Source of the DNA: Selaginella moellendorffii
Taxonomy: Eukaryota > Plantae > Lycopodiophyta
Length of the DNA stretch: 64,000 nt
Direction of reading: 5' to 3'
NCBI RefSeq assembly: GCF_000143415.4
Contig: NW_003314262.1
Span: 3,606,405-3,670,404 of the forward strand
The translations under genes and the position numbers were made by a program. Each line of letters begins with the position of its first letter. Position 1 is the first letter of the stretch. The notes below the pieces were generated by a model. It was not told the DNA's origin, did no database searches, and saw only the letters and a program-made list of their open reading frames with translations. Shown one piece after another: positions 25,001 to 36,188 of the stretch.

Positions 25001-26315
25001 AAAAGAGTAAACTTCGCTCTCACCTCTATTCCAATTGCAAGGAAAAACTGAACCTGTGGTTGCGCCCGTAAAAACCAAGAAAAAAGGAAAACAAAATTAA
25101 AGGCTCACCAAGGCTCTGATCAGGAGGAAGAATTAACGGAGGCGTAACTTCGACCTGTTACGGATGATGTCAGCTAATATCAAGCAAGCAATAACTCATA
25201 CGTTAACCCGTGGACACGAGACACTCCGCAGCGCATGCACCAGATCAATCAAGCTAGATCTCGGGTAAGTCCATACTCTGAAAGAGACAACAAACAGTTG
25301 AAAAATTCAACAGCTCTTAGGACAATTCTTACCTTTCTTCGTTATTCCAAAGCTTTCCAGTAACAGACTGGCAAGCTTGCTTAACATTCTGGTAAAGAAA
25401 ATCAAGAGCCAGTCAAACTTCTTAAAGTTCTTAGAATAGGACCTGATTATAGGGACTTCGAGCCGCGATACGGTTGTCATCTATCAAGAAAATCTGTACC
25501 ACTAGCTCTTTGAGAGGAGAACCAGCGTTTTCAGCCATGCCACTTCGGCTATCCTGAGACTTTGTCGGAGTACATAACGGAGAAGATCCGTGTCCTAGAT
25601 TGACGAGATTAATACTACAACGTAAAGGCATTTGATATGTACCCGAGCACGAAGGCGGATTCCAGCCATAATTAAGATGAGGTAGCTTGAGAGGAGGAAC
25701 TGCTTGTACCTACAAAAGAGAAAGAAGGAAAACTTAATGTTCGTTAAAAGAAGGAGAAGAAAGTTATACGTCGAGCACAAGGTCGGGAGTGCCAGTCACA
25801 GCCCTCATAAGTTCTTGGACATTGTGCTCGGGAAACAGCCAAAGCCTGCCAACACTCGAGAGAAAAATTATGAAACATGGAAAGAAAAAGCTTGCCTTCG
25901 ACCGGGATCCCACTCATGGCCAGCAACCGATTTATAGGCCGCTATGAGACCCTGCATTAACACGAAAAAGTTGTGATGTTCTTCCCATTCTCGCGTTGGT
26001 GTGATCGGAAAAACTCACCGCGTTATAGGGAGCCTCCACTGCGATGTTGTGCCCATCCTTGGAGAGCTTGAGACGCAAAGGCCGCTTCGAGAAAGGCGAG
26101 ACGGGGGGAGAGGGGCTTTGCTGCGATGTCCTCCCCTCCACCGCTCGAGCCAGGAGCTCCGGATGCGATTTGAGCGGTGAATCCAGGCGCCGGGCAGCCA
26201 GCTCCTGCGCGGCATTCCTCTCCATGGAATCCATCTCCTCCGTTGTGAGATCCCATTCCTCGGCCCCAAGGCTCGCTGCCGCCAATGCCAATGGCGATCG
26301 CGACTGCTGCGCCAT
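22032..26315 (-). CDS. SMARCAL1/HARP-like SNF2 annealing helicase (CHR18-like), many exons
   Basis: Motifs [77 protein letters not shown]; probable start MAQQS at 26315. Confidence 0.9.
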
Positions 26316-26462
26316 TCCCCTCGCCAAGCATTCGATCCTAGGTCTTCCGATCTGCCATGGCCGAGCCAGCATCCAGAGAGAAAACCCTAGAATAAACCCC
26401 ACAGCGTATTTGTTTTCAAACGCTCCATGGGAGGGATATTCTACCCCGTTCAAGCTTCGGCT
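26316..26462. promoter_or_regulatory. Short divergent intergenic region between the SNF2 and RRM genes containing a telo-box (AAACCCTA ~26382)
   Basis: Head-to-head ATGs ~110-150 bp apart; telo-box motif seen. Confidence 0.5.
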
Positions 26463-26806
26463 ATGGAGGGCGGCTGCCTCGATCTTCCTCTCTCCGGCGA
26501 AGAATCGCCTCCTCCTCTTCCCGCTGATCCACCGCCGCCGCTTCCCGGGGAATCGTCTTTCCTTGTCTATCCATCGACAGCTTCTCTAGCAGCGCCGCCG
26601 GCGCCGATTCCAGAGGGATTTCGACAAGCTTCGTTCTTTGTGGCTATGGAGAACGGCTGCCTCGATCTTCCTCTCTCCAGCGAAGAGTCGCCTCCTCCTC
26701 TTCCCGCTGATCCACCGCCGCCTGTTCCCGGGGAATCGTCTTTCCTTGTCGATCCATCGACAGCTTCTCTAGCAGCGCCGCCGGCGCCGATTCCAGAGGG
26801 ATTTCG
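26461..26806 (+). repeat. In-frame 183-bp (61-codon) tandem duplication at the RRM gene start
   Basis: ME.GCLDLPLS.EESPPPLPADPPPP.PGESSFLV.PSTASLAAPPAPIPEGFR occurs twice. Confidence 0.9.
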
Positions 26807-27072
26807 AGATCGCAAGCGCTCGCCAGCGTCGGCTCCACCGAAATATCGCTCCCTTCGCGAGCTGGATCAATCGCTGGTACGTAATCCCGATCGCGAAGCT
26901 CATCTTTCGTCGCGACGAGGAAAGATCGAGCCAGCGACAGCGCCTCCGCGACGTCGAGAGGGAAAGATCCGAGATTGCAAGCGCTCTCGTCCGAGAAAGG
27001 GCCAGAACGACCTCAAGCGATGCTTCTTGCGACCAGATCAGGTCGCGGCGCCCTCCCGGAGCCAGGATCTTC

Positions 27073-27527
27073 GGGTAGAATGCATAATACAGCACCCCCC
27101 CCTTATTTAGGGTGGGCCCCATTTGTTTATTTGGATTTGCATGCCACCTCATTGCTTACTTGCGCATGCCACCTCATTATTATAAATTAAAGAGATAAAT
27201 CTTTGAGATGCCCGAGTGGGACTGCTGCTTGTGGAACAGCCTCCTAGGTGCAATTGTGGAGTTTAACGATGCAATCGTGATGTTTAAGAGAATCCCTTTC
27301 AAAGACATAGTTTAATGGAACCTAATGATCGCGGCAATGGGTTCTCTTAAACATTTAGGGTGCAGAGCTGGGCGTGACTAAACACGCCACGGAGGACGCG
27401 AGGAGTGAGCGTGGCAAAGGGGCAACCACGTAAGAGTGAGGCGTGCTGCCACGGAGGACGCGAGGAGTGAGCGTGGCAAAGGGGCAACCACGTAAGAGTG
27501 AGGGGTGCTGTATTATGCATTTCTTCC
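27073..27527. mobile_element. 455-bp non-autonomous TIR DNA transposon (Pack-MULE/Pack-hAT-like) with a captured PPR fragment
   Basis: 8-bp TSD GGATCTTC at 27065-27072 and 27528-27535; 26-bp TIRs GGnnnnAATGCATAATACAGCACCCC; internal reading FEMPEWDCCLWNSLLGA...MFKRIPFKDIV*WNLMIAA; 61-bp subterminal tandem duplication. Confidence 0.9.
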
Positions 27528-28181
27528 GGATCTTCTCCGCCGCACCGTGATCGTGGAGAACCTCTCGCCATTCACGGGCAAAGCAGCGGTGCGGCAGGGA
27601 CTATCGCAGCTGGGCACCATCAATCGCGTGGAGCTGGCTCGCAATCCCCTCCAGCCCGGGCACCAGTCCATGGGATGGGCGGCTGTGGAGATGGCGAGCG
27701 AAGAGAATGCCGAGAATGCGGTCCAGACCGCCACCAAAACCATCTTCCTCCTGGGCGCTGTTCCACGGCCAGTGGCGATCCGGCGCGCCGGCACAGCCGA
27801 GATCGATCGCCTCTCTTCCTCCTCCGGGTCCCCATCCAAGACGCTGCCCAGGATCATCGATTCCTACAGCCGCGAGGCCGAGAATTTGTCCAAGCTCAGG
27901 AATTTGCACTACCAGCACTTCATCGAGGAGACTTTGCTCGATCGGGTACGTCCTTTCTTGTTCTTGAGGGATTGATCGATAGTTTCTTTTTGTCTCGCAA
28001 ACTCTTGGTGTCCAGCTCCAGATGGAAGACGCCAATGCGCTCCACGAAGAGCAGATGACCCGACTGGTCGACACTCTCGACACCAGCGATTTTCTCTCGA
28101 GTTTCCAGCTCCAGCAAGAGATGGAAGGCTATCGACGGTTGTTTCCAAAGTTTTTCCAACAAAAGAACCCTAAAGAAATCT

Positions 28182-28263
28182 CGTCGCCTGAGAGATTCGA
28201 ACTCTCGCGGGCAGAACCCATGTACTTAGCAGGCACACGCCTTAACCACTCGGCCAAAGCGAC
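28182..28263 (-). tRNA. trnS-GCU: tRNA-Ser(GCT), 82 nt, fully paired T stem
   Basis: Same sequence as 10348-10429 except 2 nt (T stem GAGAG/CTCTC; G-U pair in the variable arm). Confidence 0.95.
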
Positions 28264-28364
28264 TTAGAGATGCTAATAATTTGCATAAAGCTCATTTTGA
28301 ATTGAGATGACTTTAATAAAAAAAGGAACCCTAAATAACACCACTAATCCAACTTTGACCTAAG

Positions 28365-29849
28365 ATGGCTTTAAGAAATTTCAATGTAGCACTCGCCCAA
28401 GTGAAAGATTTAGCCCAAGCCGAGCTTCTCTTCGCCCAAATGCCATGTAGGGACCTCATCTCATGGAATACGATGCTAAATTGTTACTCCAGATCAAACC
28501 AAGCGCGTTCTTTCTTTGATACGATGCCGGAGCACGACGCTATTTCTTGGGCTGTTATGCTCTCCGCATATACCCGGGACGGGCATATTTCCATAGCGCA
28601 GTCACTCTTTGAGGAGATTCCGGAGCGGAATCTTGCGGCGTGGAATGTCATGCTGGTTGCGTACACTCACCATTCCTTGAGGGAAGAGGCGTTGCAAATA
28701 TGCGAGAGGATTCCGGAACAGAATGTGGTTTCATCAACGGCTACAATCGTCGCTTTTGCCCGGACCGGGCATTTGGAAAACGCCGTGGATGTTTTTATGG
28801 TAATGGAGGAGCGTGATACGGTGTCGTGGGTGGCCATGCTGTGGGCTTACGTAAACTGTGGTAGAATATTCGAGGCCGAGTTTTGTTTCCTGGAGATGCC
28901 AGTGTGGGGAATCGAGGCATCAAATGTCATGATTCAAGCATATGCCGAAAGCAGGGAAGTCGGAAAAGCGAGGGTTTTGTTTGATCAGATGGCGAGATGG
29001 GACGCCATCACCTTTACCGTAATGCTTGTGGGCTATGGAAAATGCGGTAAAATCGAAGATGCTACGTGTTTGTTTGAAAAGATTCCGGAGCACGACGTCG
29101 TGTCCATGACATCAATGCTTTTCGCATATGCCCAAAATGGGCATTTGCGGGAATCAAAGAACATCTTTGTAAAGATTCCTTTTTGGAGTGTGGTTTCATG
29201 CAATGCGATGCTCGCATCTTTTTCGTATCACGCATGTATGAATGAAGTGCAATTGTTGTTTGATAAGATGGATATCAAAGATCAAGTAAGCTGGAACACT
29301 TTGCTCGCAGCATATGCCAAAGAAGGGCAAATTGCGAAGTGTGGGAAGATCTTCGAAGCGATGGACGAGAAAGATATCGTTTCATGGAGCTCGATCCTTG
29401 CCGCGTACGCTCAATCGCGCTGCCTGCTCCACGGCGAAACGCTTCGTGTCTTAAACACGATGAATCTCACGCACTCTCCCGACGAATCCTGCTTTGTGTC
29501 GGTGCTCCTCGCTTGCAGCCACGCCGGGAAGCTCGAGGCCGCGAGGAGGAGCTTCGTGTCGATGCGAATGGATTTCGGCCTAAATCCTACCAAGCAGCAC
29601 TACTGCTGCGTGCTAGATCTCTGTGGGCGCCTGGGCCGATTGGACGAGGCATGGGAGCTCATCGCGGCGATGCCATTCGTGCCGGACGCGCTAGATTGGA
29701 AGTGCTTGCTCGCCTCCTCGTATAGGAGCTTGGAGCATCGATCCGAGCGTGATCATGCGAAGCTCCTCGTGGAAACATCCTCTCCTTTCTTTGTGCTCCT
29801 AGCAAACGCTTGCCCAGCTCGATCGCCCACGAAATCTAGTCGCCCTTGA
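28365..29849 (+). CDS. PLS-class PPR protein with a truncated E region and no DYW domain
   Basis: 31-aa S-type repeats (MPEHDAISW...), FVSVLLACSHAG, HYCCVLDLCGRLGRL, MPFVPDALDWKCLL. Confidence 0.85.
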   Translation: MALRNFNVALAQVKDLAQAELLFAQMPCRDLISWNTMLNCYSRSNQARSFFDTMPEHDAISWAVMLSAYTRDGHISIAQSLFEEIPERNLAAWNVMLVAYTHHSLREEALQICERIPEQNVVSSTATIVAFARTGHLENAVDVFMVMEERDTVSWVAMLWAYVNCGRIFEAEFCFLEMPVWGIEASNVMIQAYAESREVGKARVLFDQMARWDAITFTVMLVGYGKCGKIEDATCLFEKIPEHDVVSMTSMLFAYAQNGHLRESKNIFVKIPFWSVVSCNAMLASFSYHACMNEVQLLFDKMDIKDQVSWNTLLAAYAKEGQIAKCGKIFEAMDEKDIVSWSSILAAYAQSRCLLHGETLRVLNTMNLTHSPDESCFVSVLLACSHAGKLEAARRSFVSMRMDFGLNPTKQHYCCVLDLCGRLGRLDEAWELIAAMPFVPDALDWKCLLASSYRSLEHRSERDHAKLLVETSSPFFVLLANACPARSPTKSSRP

Positions 29850-29930
29850 CAGACATGTTGTTCTTCCCTGCTCGATCGCCCATGAAATGTGATTTTTCTC
29901 TGAGGGAAATATTTAGGGTTCTAGGTGGCT

Positions 29931-31688
29931 ATGGCGGATGTGAGGAGACGGCGGGGCTTCCCAGCTTCCGCCAATGACAAGGGATTGGCGGCTCCAGCGG
30001 CATCTCCTCCCACGCCAAGGTACACAGCAACATTGATCTTTGGATCGGTATGCCTCGCCGCCTACATCGCGCTCTTTGCTCGTCACGCGCGCGATCTGGA
30101 TGCGGAGCTCTGCCGATCGATCGCGATCAGCTTCTGTATGAGCGTCGGCGCCTTCTTCGCAGTAATCCGGCTCGTTCCAGTCGTCGCGCGCTACGTACTG
30201 AAAAGGAACATGTTTGGATACGACATCAACAAGAAAGGCTCTCCGGCTGGATCAATCCAAGTGTAAGTTTTTGGAAAAAAAGAATCTATTGCGAATGAAA
30301 TGGATCTCCTCGCAGGCCCGAGTCGCTCGGGATTGTTACTGGGTTCGTGTTCGTCGTCGTCACGATCCTCTTCCAGATTTTTTGTTTCAGCCCAGACTCC
30401 GCTGTAAGTTTCTAAGTTTTTGGAGATGGTTTGTTGATCTTTTCTCTCTTTTTCCTTTTGTGCGTAGTGGCTGCTGGAGTACAATGCGGCACTCACATCT
30501 ATACTATTTATGATTCTTCTCGGCTTTGTGGACGACGTCCTCGACATCCCATGGCGCGTGTAAGTTTCATGATCTCCTTCTCGCGACAAAAAATCGAGTG
30601 TTTCTTTTGCTCTCAGGAAACTTTTACTTCCTTCGTTCGCTGCTCTTCCCCTACTGATGGCATACGCGGGGCACACGACAATTGTTATTCCGAAACCTCT
30701 TCGAGCCTACCTCGAAATGGAGGTGCTCGACTTGGGTAAGATTTTTCTTCTTTTCTTTTGGTTCGATTTCTTCTTGAACAGCTTGTAAACTTGTTAGGTG
30801 TGTTATACAAAGTTTACATGGGCCTGTTAGCCGTGTTTTGTACCAACGCTGTCAACATTCTCGCCGGCGTGAATGGACTGGAAGTTGGACAAACTCTTGT
30901 GATATCTTCTGCGGTATGCGCATTGTTCTTTCTTTTCTTTGTTCTTTTTCTGTGACCAGAACATGATGTTTTACAGATTTTGATTCACAACATGATGCAA
31001 ATCGTGAGTAGCTCAGACGCTGATTACCAGCAAGCACACGCCTTCTCAATTTATCTCACACAACCACTCGTTGGAGCGTCGCTTGGGCTGCTTTGTTATA
31101 ACTGGTAAACATTTTGAGATCTCTTTAAGTTTTAAGACTGCAGTTCTCTCTTCCACAGGTATCCATCATCGGTCTTTGTTGGAGACACTTACACGTATTT
31201 TGCCGGGATGACAATGGCTGTCGCGGGCATCCTCGGCCATTTTAGCGAGACGCTTTTGCTTTTCTTCTTACCACAGATTATTAACTTTGTTTACTCCATT
31301 CCACAGGTAAGTCAGCCATACAATCTTTCTGTTTTTGTGCTAAGTAACTTGCCTCGCAGCTCTTCAAATGGGTGCCATGTCCGAGACATCGATTACCAAG
31401 GTAAAGACCTCAGCTTTGTCTTTCGCTAACTTGTAGACCTTTTGTGATGTAGCTTTGAGCCGAAAACGGGGCTTTTAACCGGCAGTAAGGATATGAATCT
31501 GGTTAACTTGTTCTTGAGATGGTTTGGAAGATGCACTGAGCGGCAACTGTGTATCCGGCTGCTGATTTTCCAGGTGAATTTCTCTTGTCATGTGATCCAA
31601 GGCAATTAGTCTTATATGTTTCATTCAGGGACTGTGTTCTGGATTTTGTTTCCTCTTGAGATTTTTAATGGCAGGCTGGTATAAATGA
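29931..31688 (+). CDS. GPT: UDP-GlcNAc:dolichyl-phosphate GlcNAc-1-phosphotransferase (GPT/DPAGT1/ALG7), multi-exon
   Basis: Motifs [70 protein letters not shown]. Confidence 0.93.
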
Positions 31689-32411
31689 TAAGAAATACCG
31701 GCTCAGATTGATTACAGATCTCTAACTAAGTATCGAATATGAAGATTTTTGGAAGTATCATTTTCGAAAAGCTAGTTTCTCATGTTGATGATACACCTGA
31801 GTTCGAAGCAAAATGACGAAAATACAAAAATGATAAAGAAATCAGTCGAAAAGAATGCAAATCACTCCATTCCAGTCTGAAATCCAAGTCCCAAGCGCTT
31901 CAGCCATCAGCCATTCGTTTGTGGTGTATTGTCAACGTAGGTAATGCCAAGGACAAGCGCACTGGATCAAACAAATATGCAAGAGAAACAATGCGAAACA
32001 AAAGTAAAGCAATTTGAAAGAGAATTTTATCCTCAACGCTGGACACAAGCTAAAAGGAAAATGAGAAACCAACAGCTTCACCTCCATGACCAATAGCTGG
32101 CATACGGTCACAAGCAAGCAAGGAATAGCAACTCCCAGTGCGTTCAAGCAAAGTGTAGTCTAGCCCTCTGGGCAAAATAATTCTAGCATATAGACCAGCA
32201 AGGCAATGAATCTACACATAATTGTTTAAGGAAAAGAACTTCTTTATTTATAGCAAAATGTGAAGCTCTGTGATGAGTATCAGCAAATATGTTTTACTCT
32301 TACTAAAAAAAGTGAGTTTAATTTAATTAATTAATTTGCAAACTTTAAACTATACTAAACCTGGTTAAATTTAATTTTAGATCAACTTAAACCTTACTTT
32401 TATAAATATTA

Positions 32412-33524
32412 TTAGCACTTGCCCAGCATATGCTGCCCAGTTAGCAAAATATTGTTTTGATTGTTATAATTTTGTTATATTAAAAACTAAAATTGGAATA
32501 GTATAAAAAAACAAATATTGTATTCCACTTTGAAAGAAGAATTGAGGGAATTATGCCTAACAAATGTTAGATAAACATAAAAATCAATTCTTATCAAATG
32601 GTTGTGATTATTGTTGATGAGCTCCATCGGGCGATATCTCGAGTCTCCATCCTCGATGGAAATGGTTCCATCAATTTGATTGGCAAGGCCAAAGTCGCCA
32701 ATTTTGTAGATGCAATTCCGGATATAAATGTTGTCAAGCTTCACATCTAGGTGAGTGAGGATGCGAGTGTAAGTGCTTCAAAGTGTTTAAGAGCTGCCAT
32801 GCATGATAAACTAAGAAAAAAACACAATTGAGCTGTTTATTTGAAACATTGCCTCAATTAGCTTCTTCTTCGTGAATGTGTATACAAGGCTCTCGTCTCA
32901 TAGATTCATCTCGCACAACTCCATTTGGATATACAAAAAGTCATTTTTGAACCATGAGGAGAAGTAACACACTACGTTTTCATGGTAACCTGGAAGCTGG
33001 ATCATTTTTGAGGAAGCCAGTGGTAATACTGAAAGAAAAAAGCTAACTCACCAAGACACAAAAGTTCCTGAACTTCTCTTGGTGCTTTCCTTTTGCAAAG
33101 AGAAAAATTTGCCAAATCAATACCATAGTCTTTTGAATATTGTGACAAACCGATCTCCCTCATCTAGCAGATGTCAATTGGAATGCTCTTGAGAACTTTA
33201 TAAATATAGCTAAAATCAACTTGTCCTATTTCCTGACAGTTATGAAAGAAAAATGAAAAATAACAATATACCCTACCTAGCTCTCTCGAGAAATACATCA
33301 GTGTTAAAAAGAAGGGTTCTAGAAGTGCTATGTGCTGCAGTGCCTTCTTCTTGCGCCCCATGCAGCTTGGCTACCTCCCATTGGCCGAGAGCAACCATCA
33401 GCATGATTATTCGCTAACACATGGTTAAAGAAATAACCCCTTTACAATTACCCCCATTGGACAGCTGTGATTGGTTGGATCCAGCGGCCCAGAAAGTTTG
33501 GCAACTCCTCCTTATTGTGATAGA
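32412..33524 (-). mobile_element. Non-autonomous Helitron-like element H2 carrying a WEE1-like kinase fragment
   Basis: Minus-strand termini A|TCTATCACAATAAGGAGG and ...CAGCATATGCTG (hairpin)...GTGCTAA|T, i.e. TC...CTRR between A and T with no TSD. Confidence 0.75.
32570..33300 (-). pseudogene. WEE1-like kinase gene fragment that retains introns
   Basis: GYHENVVCYFSSWFKNDFLYIQMELCE and HLDVKLDNIYIRNCIYKIGDFGLANQIDGTISIEDGDSRY. Confidence 0.8.
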
Positions 33525-33599
33525 TAGCTATAGCCTATTTGATGCACAAAATCTTCAATTTTTTCAATTACTACCAATTGCTATGCATATAATTAACAA

Positions 33600-34795
33600 G
33601 CTAGTTTTGTTATATTGAAAACTAGGTTGGAATAGTATCAATTAATTGTTATATTCCACTTTAACAAGATCTAAATAAGAATTGAGGAAGTAATTGTAAG
33701 CATGTGTTTTCTTAGAGGAAACAATATTAGATTCCAGAAGCCAGGGTTTATATAGCTACAAAATCTCATTACAAACACATAAAATAAAACATAATAAAAT
33801 CTATTATTTCCTACAATGCAACAGGACACTTAGTTGGAAGTGTGCCTATAAATGTCTAGATTTAGCCACAAAAAAAGGTTTAAAAAACAAAGGAAATCCA
33901 GTTGATGGGATTCCAGTATATGCTAAAGCAGCCAATAGGCTAATTTAGAATAGATGAAGTACTGCATTGGGACTAGGACTTTCACTAGGACCTAAGAACA
34001 TTTCATTATCACTTTTTTTGGGGCTTGGGATTGTATACATGAAAAATCAAATTATCTGACTGAGTTTGAAGAAACATAAGCCTTGGAATTTACCTTAATT
34101 ACACTTAAACCATAGGATCCATCACAAAAATGTTGTGGATGCCATAGAACTCCAATGATCTTCAGGCTGAGAAAAACACAGTGTCTTGCTGTTACTCATG
34201 CCAACCTTGAACTTGAAACCTGCCTTTTGGAGTGGCCCCTCAATGAGCTTAAGCATCATGGGGAACTGGGAGACACCATCGACTTGATCAACTTGACACC
34301 ATTAATTTTCTTGAGCATAGATATTAGTGCATTGATCTTGGCACTCCTTCATCCATGATGCTGCTGCATGCCAATAGAGAATGCCCTGGAATCCCATGGG
34401 AGCATGCTGGTGGCAATAAAGAGCTTGGGGAGCTAAGAATCATGGCACTAAGAACATCAAAGGGCTGCAAACTTGGTGTTTAATATTTGGCATTCCATGC
34501 AGAGAAATCATGTGTGAGTGAGTGCCATTCCTCCCATTCCAGTGCTAGAACCCTACAGAAGAAGGAGCAGTGTGAATCACCACTCTCAAATGGCATAGCA
34601 AGTCTCCACTATAGCATGAAACTTGATAGTAGAGATTGGAGTGCAAAAGGTTGAGTGCCAATGCCAGTCAACACATTGAATACATGTGTCTAAGCAATTA
34701 GCAACCTCACATTGGCTATAACACAATTATTAACTAAGACATCATTAACAAAATAACCCTGACAGTCTGGCAACTCCTCCTTAATTATAGAAAGA
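33600..34795 (-). mobile_element. Degenerate Helitron-like copy H3 carrying a RAD5/HLTF-like SNF2 HelicC fragment (~34150-34345)
   Basis: Shares the 3' subterminal block (ttttgttatattgaaaacta...gaattgagg) and head (aaataaccct...ggcaactcctcctta) with H2; cargo reads SAKINALISML...KSMV/SQFPMMLKLIEGPLQKAGFKF across a frameshift. Confidence 0.6.
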
Positions 34796-36188
34796 CATTA
34801 TATGCGTTCTGTATTATATAAATATATCTAACCTAAAAATTGTGGATAAAGATTTTTAGGCTATTTTTACTATGAAAAAAATAAACCTAAGATAAATCAT
34901 CATTATATATTTATTTATTTATTTATTTATTATAATTAAAAAATAGAAGTGAGATAAAAAGTGATTTATCATTATCAAAATTAACAATTCTGACAATGAG
35001 ATAAATTTTAAAGGGTCAAATTCACAAACCTTATTGATTCTATTTTTCAAATTGATATGCAAAAAAACCTAGAATTTATAATTATCTTCTTTAAAAGGTG
35101 GTCATATTTTGTAGCCAAAAGTGTCATACATGATGAGGAAGCTGTATGTAAATAAATAAGATAAATATCTAAGTGTATATATTTAGTCTTTCAGCTCTGT
35201 GAACGAAAGTAAAAATTACTAAAATAAATTTGTTGCACTATGTAGCAACATAATATTTTGTTTTTTTAAAACGATTTTTAATACAATAGCATTGGTTTGA
35301 CTAATAAATATTCCTATAAGACTTTCATAATAAAGATATATATAATAGCATAAACCTAAATCTGTTGTAAAATAATAGTAAAGTAAAAAGTTTTATTTTA
35401 AATATATGCTATTTAGGAATTTATAAATTAAAATATATTTTAAAATATAAAGGAATGTCCTATAAATCAATTTTCTTAAAAGTGGTATTTAACAGATTCT
35501 TTAATACATTAATCTTCAGCTCATGAGTTAGACTATATTGGTTTGGAGGGTGTTGGAACACTAGTATCATGGAGATCTTCTTGGGGAATTCTGTGAGTTT
35601 TAGCTGCTCAATAAATGGTGAAGCATGATTGATTTTGTATGGCAATCTCTTATATACATTGTGATAATGAAGTTTAAGGTAACCACATCCATTATAGTGA
35701 AGCCAAGCTTTATATAATGCTAATAGATGCAAGTGCTTTCATGGTAGAAGCTCTAGACATGCACTAATGACTAGAAATATTATATAGTTCCTATTGATCA
35801 AGAAATCACATAATATTTTTACCCATCATTGCCTAGTTGACTAAATTGTTTTGATTCTTTACCCAAAAACTATGTGTGTAAAGGGTGCTCTCCAATGACC
35901 ATATTGTAAGCATCAAACAAGGAACTAGAAAATAGAGGCTAAAGTCTTGATTTTCCTATCACATTTCTCCATCATGGTTGAAAGAGGAGCTAAAACTCTA
36001 ACTACCTTAAAATTTATAAATGGTAAACATGGTTTATATTAGTGAGAAGTAATATTTTTATTAATTTTGCTACATACCTTACTTGTTATGCTCTATAATC
36101 TCTGATTTAGCTATGTTAATAATGTACTATTATTATTAATGAATCAGGAATATACCTGGATTACATAATTGTTAAATTTATTCAAATA

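Larger units (their letters stand above)
26427..28267 (+). pseudogene. AIPP1/EDM3-like RRM protein gene interrupted by a TIR element at 27073-27527
   Basis: RTVIVENLSP...LSQLGTINRV...AAVEM...FLLGAVPRPV followed by KLRNL..QH..E..L..LQMED resembles AIPP1; removing the element joins SRSQDL to LRRTV in frame; intron from 27947 to ~28015. Confidence 0.75.

Noticed and set aside
27073-27527. TIR element acting as a cleanly spliced intron (introner)
   Set aside because: A GT donor is present near the left end, but the nearest AG at the right end gives a frameshift
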